Source of the DNA: the human T2T-CHM13v2.0 reference genome, Homo sapiens
NCBI RefSeq assembly: GCF_009914755.1
Contig: NC_060926.1
DNA: 64,000 bases
Reading direction: 5' to 3' (one strand)
Part shown: in pieces, positions 57,501 through 64,000 of the stretch
Layout: each line of letters starts with the position of its first letter
Numbering within the stretch: position 1 is the first letter of the stretch
The notes under the pieces: generated by a model
Database searches by the model: none
Told to the model about the DNA's origin: nothing
What the model saw: the letters and a program-made list of their open reading frames with translations, nothing else
Position numbers and translations under genes: made by a program

Positions 57501-58787
57501 CTGAGTTAAATTTTGGAAAATTTCTATATACCTACAGGGGTCATCAGAAAATTGGCCTAAGTCTCCCTTTATTTGCTTAAGATCCTGTAATGAGAAGGGA
57601 ACTTGAACCCTTATGGCACCACTCCCATCAGGCATTTCCTGCAGAGGTAAGAGTGAAGGGGGGAGAGTAGGATATACTGGAGCTGGTAGAGCTGGAGGAG
57701 TGGATGGTATGATTGGAAGGGGACTGGAAGGGTTGGGACATTCAATAGCTGTCTCGGATTACTCCTCTGGAACCTGCTTTAGCTCTGGGGAACTATTCCC
57801 TGTGGGCTTGCCTGTTGTGGCTGCTAAAAGAACTGGGTTGATTGTACAGAACTTGTAAAGGTCTGAGTTGTCTTGAGGGGCAAAGAAAGCCTGTACATAG
57901 GCAGCCTCAGTCCATTTGCCCTTCTGTTTGCAGAAAAGTTTTAACTTTTGGATAATACTAAAATCAAGGCTCCCCACTAGCAGGCCAGGTTTGCCTGTCC
58001 CGAAGATAGTAAGAAGGGCATGCCCTTGTGCAATAGAATATGAAGTGCTTTTTCTTCAAAGTCTCAGGGCCGAAGGAGTCCCAGTGCTTTAAAATATACC
58101 CCAGGGGGGTGCATGTTGAAGACAATCTGTTACTCATCTAGAAAGAGAAGTGAGAATAAAAGTGTTCTTTTAGTCTGCTTCCTTTCAGTATGTGATCCAG
58201 GATAGAGAAGAAAACAGTAGGGGGTGTCCCCCCCACCAATTATTTTCTCTCCCTGGTTCCTGGATCCTGGCACCCATTTGAATGGGACACCCATGACTGC
58301 AGGCATGACCCTCTAAGCCATGGCACCAGAGAAACTAGACTTTTGGCCCTAGTCACGCTTCCCTAAGCAGCCTTAGTCCTCTGCCTTTTATTTCCTTTTG
58401 ACCTCCTAGACTTGTGTGACCTGTGTGCCTCCCTAAAAAAATGGATCTCAAGAAAAACTACGTAATTGAGCAAGGCCCCTTTAAGGGAGGGGGCGTGCTA
58501 GATTGAACTCTATATCCTGTTATTATGGCCCATGCTAAAGCATTTACCCTTAGAAAAATGGTTCCCGTTAACTTCTGGACTTAAAATTATTAATTTTATT
58601 TAAGGAATTAAATTATTTAAGTAATTAAAATTAATACTATTATTAAGTACTTATTAAGTACTGTCTTAATCAGAGACAGAATAGGTGGCTTAAAGGAACG
58701 CAGGAACTGAATGGCCATTTTGCTGCTGATGGGACAATAACGAGACTAAAATCTGGCTGCGGAAGACATCTTACTCCTAACTGCTAA

Positions 58788-59135
<348 letters not shown>

Positions 59136-59503
59136 GAGTCTGATTTCTAATGGTGCAAAAGGAAGCTGCGGTATTGCTGTGAAAAAAAAATGTGCCTCAT
59201 GTAGAGGATGTCTATTTCCACTAGGTGGTGGTGTTGGCTTAGAAATATTGTGTGCTCACCAGCGGTGTGGTAGCAAGAAACCTCACCACAGAGGAAAGGG
59301 AAGAACTCTGTTCCTAGAAGATTGCAACGACATTTTCCTGATCTTGCCTAACAGGATTACTTTTCTAGGCTCTACAAATCCCTGCACATTTCACACAGAG
59401 AAAGAGTATGAGACCGAGGATAGAAAAGGAAGGAGAGTTTTGCAACAGGATAGCTGAGGATTCTCTGCCAACACCCAGAATGGACTGTCGGAGGCTGGGT
59501 CCC

Positions 59504-61107
59504 TCATGAAAATGGCCATACTGCCCAAGGTAATTTATAGATTCAATGCCATCCCCATCAAGCTACCAATGACTTTCTTCACAGAACTGGAAAAAACTAC
59601 TTTAAAGTTCATATGGAACCAAAAAAGAGCCCATATAGGCAAGACAATCCTAAGCAAAAAGAACAACGCTGGAGGCATCATGCTACCTGACTTCAAACTA
59701 TACTACAAGGCTACTGTAACCAAAACAGCATGGTACTGGTACCAAAACAGAGATATAGACCAGTGGAACAGAACAGAGGCCTCAGAAATAACACCACACA
59801 TCTACAACCATCTGATCTTTGACAAACCTGACAAAAACAAGAAATAGGGAAAGGATTCCCTGTTTAATAAATGGTGCTGGGAAAACTGGCTGGCCATAAG
59901 TAGAAAGCTGAAACTGGATCCCTTCCTTACACCTTATATAAAAATTAATTCAAGATGGATTGAAGACTTAAATGTTAGACCTAAAACCATAAAAACCCTA
60001 GAAGAAAACCTAGGCAATACCATTCAGGACATAGGCACAGGCAAGGACTTCATGACTAAAACACCAAAAGTAATGGCAACAAAAGCCAAAATTGACAAAT
60101 GGGATCTAATTAAACTAAAGAGCTTCTGCACAGTAAAAGAAACTACCATCAGAGTGAACAGGCAACCTACAGAATGGGAGAAAATTTTTGCAATCTGCCC
60201 ATCTGACAAAGGGCTAATATCCAGAATCTACAAAGAACTTAAACAAATTTACAAGAAAAAAACAACCCCATCAAAAAGTGGGAAGTATATGAACAGACAC
60301 TTCTCAAAATAAGACATTTATGCACCCAACAGACACATGAAAAAATGCTCATCATCACTGGCCATCAGAGAAATGCAAATCAAAACCACAATGAGATACC
60401 ATCTCATGCCAGTTAGAATGGCGATCATTAAAAAGTCAGGAAACAACAGATGCTGGAGAGGATGTGGAGAAATAGGAACGCTTTTACGCTGTTGGTGGGA
60501 GTGTAAATGAGTTCAACCATTGTGGAAGACAGTGCGGTGATTCCTCAGGGATCTAGAACTAGAAATACCATTTGACCCAGCGATCCCATTACAGGGTATA
60601 TACCCAAAGGATTATAAATCATGCTACTATAATGACACATGCATATGTATGTTTATTGCGGCACTATTCACAACAGCAAAGACTCGGAACCAACCCAAAT
60701 GTCCATCAATGATAGACTGGATTAAGAAAATGTGGCACATATATACCATGGAATACTATGCAGCCATAAAAAAGGATGAGTTTATGTCCTTTGCCGGGAC
60801 ATGGATGAAGCTGGAAACCATCATTCTCAGCAGACTGACCCAAGGACAGAAAACCAAACCTGCATGTTCTCACTCATAGGTGGGAATTGAACAATGAGAA
60901 CACTTGGACACAGGGAAGGGAATATCACATGCTGGCGCCTGTTGTGGGGTGGGAGGCTGGGGGAGGGATAGCATTAGGAGAAATACCTAATGTAAATCAT
61001 GAGTTGATGGGTGCAGCAAACCAACATGGCACATGTATAAATATGTAACAAACCTGCATGTTGTGCACATGTACCCTAGAATTTAAAGTATAATTAAAAA
61101 AAAAAAG
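59504..61107 (+). mobile_element. 5'-truncated L1PA (ORF2 C-terminus, 3'UTR, poly-A) inserted in the proviral leader
   Basis: [20 protein letters not shown]..., CCHC region, G-rich 3'UTR, A tail; in-frame stops. Confidence 0.95.
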
Positions 61108-61189
61108 AGGCCAAAAGCACCTTGGAATGACAGAACAGATTTTAAGCTTACTCCCATACTTACCACTCTGATGAATGCTGTACCTTGGA

Positions 61190-61207
61190 TTCCTGGCCAA
61201 TGCACCA
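61190..61207 (-). promoter_or_regulatory. Primer-binding site complementary to the tRNA-Gly 3' end
   Basis: + strand TTCCTGGCCAATGCACCA vs tRNA-Gly(GCC) 3' end TTCCCGGCCAATGCACCA (17/18, from memory); 3 nt from the LTR end. Confidence 0.85.
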
Positions 61208-61210
61208 AAA

Positions 61211-61816
61211 TCATATGGCTTTGATGACTGGAGGAACACCAGGGTCCTTGGTCTTGCACCGGTTTGAATAAAACGACACAGACACATGTGGAGTGGCTTT
61301 AGGGAGTGGAGAATTGTAATAGGCAAGAAAGAAGGAAGAGGCTCCCTCTGTACAGAGATAGAGGTGGGGGGGCTCTAAGCTGAAAGAGGGAACCCTGAGT
61401 GCGGTGAAAAACAGCCATTTATATGAGGAGGCTGGAGGAGGCGGTGTCTTACTGGCATAGTGCCCAGAGGATTGGTTTGACCAGGTATGTCATTCAAGTA
61501 GCCGGTGAAAAAACTGGCCCTCCCACCCTAGCCTTTTAATATGCAAATGAAGGGCACCATGATGTTCTACACATGTGGGGATATGTGGGGTGGCCATGTT
61601 GCCAGGCACATGTGGGCACAAGAAGATGGCAGGAATCGCCATGTTTGGTGGACCTAGTTTCTAATGGCCTGCATTTGCATATCAAAGCTTGCCTGCCAGG
61701 GTTTTTCTGCTAGGCAAGAAACATTTCTGGAGCTGATTTAAAAGAAAAATAAACTTCCCAAGGACCCCTTTTCTTCTTTATCTGCCTAAAATAATTTTTT
61801 AATAACTCCTGTAACA
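61211..61816 (-). mobile_element. 5' LTR of the provirus (MER61/LTR9-group-like)
   Basis: Minus strand starts TGTTACAGGAGTTATT; adjoins the PBS; two octamer motifs. Confidence 0.75.
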
Positions 61817-63045
61817 ATGATTACTAGAAAGCAATTTATTCATGAAACTTAAAACTAAAATCAAATAATTGAAAATTAATTCATTGGGTCTTTGATATTA
61901 ATATTCTTTAAGCCACAGAAGTCATAGAAAAGACTGAATTTGTCACCCTAGGCATTTCATTAAAAAAAGTTAGTTTCTTTTGTCTCAGAATGAAGTAGTC
62001 TTAAGTTCCAGAGCAGATATATCCTCATTATAATTAGTGAAATGGTGGTTTACTTAATTTTTAACATATAAATAGAGTCACATTTATCACTCCTTGGCAT
62101 TTTCTTTAAGGATCTGATGCCAGAATGGCCGTGGAAGTCAAACATGTCTCATGCAAGAAATGGAATAAAAAGTTTCTATGAGTTTATGGTAATGGTTGGT
62201 TGGAAGTGTTACTTTTTGTAGCAGCTACTGTCAATGTTCCAATCATTTCTGATGATCTTGGTGATTTGGTGGATAATTAGACATGTGTCCTCAGACCAAG
62301 AAACTGCAAAGGCATAGAAGAAAGACAATCACGCTCTTGTGTTCAAAATGAAAAGCTTCTTTAGGGGCATTGTATTCTACTTAGATAATCATTTTAGAGC
62401 TTTATATGAGGTGTCTGGATGTGGTTTGGGGAATGTAATTAGATCAATTCCCTTAAAACTGTTTAAAGTGATTTCTCTCTTTCCATAAGTTATTGTATTA
62501 CTAATTAATTTATTTACTATCTCGATTTTGTGCTGTTTGAATCTTAAGGCAGAAAAGAGTTGTCTGTATCTCTTGTGATAACACATATACTGGAATTATA
62601 AAATTAGACTCTCTTGAATTCTAGCTCTTAACCAGTCCCAAACTTGACTCAGAATTCAAAGGACCAGGCAAACACCAGGCACAAATAAAACAGTCTTTTC
62701 TTGGAGAAGTCTGAGACCATTTGGCACAGATTTCCAAAATAACCCTATTCTCATGCAGTAGGATAAGTTTTAGATTTAATAGACAAGCTTCTTTATAAGC
62801 AATATGTGCAGAGACATCGTTCAAACAAAGGGAATAATTCCAGTTATGCAATGTCTCTTCTTCATACCTTATTGTTTACATAATCATCTCTTAGTTTCCC
62901 CTATCACCCAGAAACCTGTGAATTCTAAGTTTATTTATACACACAATCAAGATGTGTGCTCCTAAAAACATTTTATACTCTCCATTATCTTTCCATTCCT
63001 AGTAAATACTTAGTGAGTTTACTGGAAAATTTGGTTATTCACATG

Positions 63046-63621
63046 TGTTCAGGGAAGGGTTAACTCAGTAGGTCTGGGTTGCTCAAACCCTGCACATTCC
63101 CAAGAAAGGCCAGTCCTCAGGACTGGCCCTTGGCTGGTTTCTGGGAGATGAGCTCTAAGTCCTCGGCATAATCTGCTGGATAAGAGTGGTTTGTATATCT
63201 GCAGCCTTGGGCTATGCTGTACCAGTTTGACCAGGTAGTTTATGCTAACAATGTCATCTGTGAATGCCTATTTTTGCTTGTGGCAGGGTTATGGTGGGGC
63301 TGGGTTCCAAGTAGGTGATTAAAAACCCTAGACACCAGGACTCAGATAAGCTTCCCTAGTTGGCAACACTTTGCACAAGGTGTCATACATCATTGCTGGG
63401 AGAATTAAGTGCATCTGTGTGACTCCACTGGGAGAAGACCCCTGGAAGCTTGTTCCTGGTTCTGCCTGAACATCATCTTATGTGACTTTTCCCTATGTTG
63501 AATTTAATCTGTATCCTTTCACTCTGAGGAATCATAACCATGAGACAACATCTTCTGAGTCCTATGAGTCCTTCTAGCAAATCATTAAGCATGATGGTGG
63601 TGGTTTTGAGGACTCCCAACA
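63046..63621 (+). mobile_element. Solo LTR, MER77/MER21/MER68-like
   Basis: TG...CA ends; gggttaactcag start, cattgctgggagaattaag and gactccactgggagaagacccctggaagctt motifs. Confidence 0.65.
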
Positions 63622-64000
63622 TAGCATGTTTACCAAGAGATTTATTTGAGGTTTTTCTTTCCTTTCTGATAGAGAAAAGTTCATACCTGCTGTTCACCTT
63701 TTCCTTCCCAGCATGTAGTGTGGAGCTATGAACCTCTATGCTGATGTCCTTTCAGCCCTTTTTACTGATACTCACCCTGTCTCTGGGGCCTTACCCCTTC
63801 ATTAATAACCCTATGGAAAGTAAAACTGTATTTCAATAGGTCTCCAGTTATAGCACCTGGAAAATTAAACTCTTCTTAAAACCCAAGTTAGTTCTTTCAG
63901 CGATTTGACCTATTTTGTTTTTCAGAAAACACTTCTGTTTATACCTTACTAAAATATTATATTGTAGTGGTTATATGTCCAGAGGCTAGTAGAGTACTTG

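Noticed and set aside
59506-60879. Active L1 ORF2
   Set aside because: 5'-truncated and interrupted by stops and frameshifts.
61186-61207. tRNA-Gly-like sequence as a tRNA gene
   Set aside because: Only the 3'-terminal ~20 nt including CCA is present, adjacent to an LTR, so it is a primer-binding site.
61555-61620. p53 response element in the LTR (several CATG cores)
   Set aside because: No two adjacent half-sites fit RRRCWWGYYY well in this copy.

Overview
Primate (almost certainly human, 2q34) genomic DNA. Bases 1-22.6 kb hold the last 15 coding exons and the ~3.4 kb 3'UTR of PIKFYVE (+ strand), including the whole PIP-kinase domain; all exons are GT-AG and phase-consistent up to TGA at 19110-19112. 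Just past the poly(A) signals come a MER51-like solo LTR, a GC/CpG-rich promoter-like segment and an antisense ARPC1B processed pseudogene. The retrocopy's 3'UTR supplies a strong + strand splice donor, so this block may be an exapted distal first exon; from recollection, the downstream neighbour is PTH2R. The remaining 40 kb is non-coding and repeat-dense: nested L1/MLT2/Alu, a decayed ERV1 pol-env-LTR remnant, an SVA with a perfect 15-bp TSD, two local direct duplications, and a ~8 kb minus-strand class I provirus. That provirus has a tRNA-Gly primer-binding site and an intact 59-codon two-transmembrane ORF ending 2 nt before the env ATG. Repeat family names and most repeat boundaries were assigned by eye and need RepeatMasker/Dfam confirmation.
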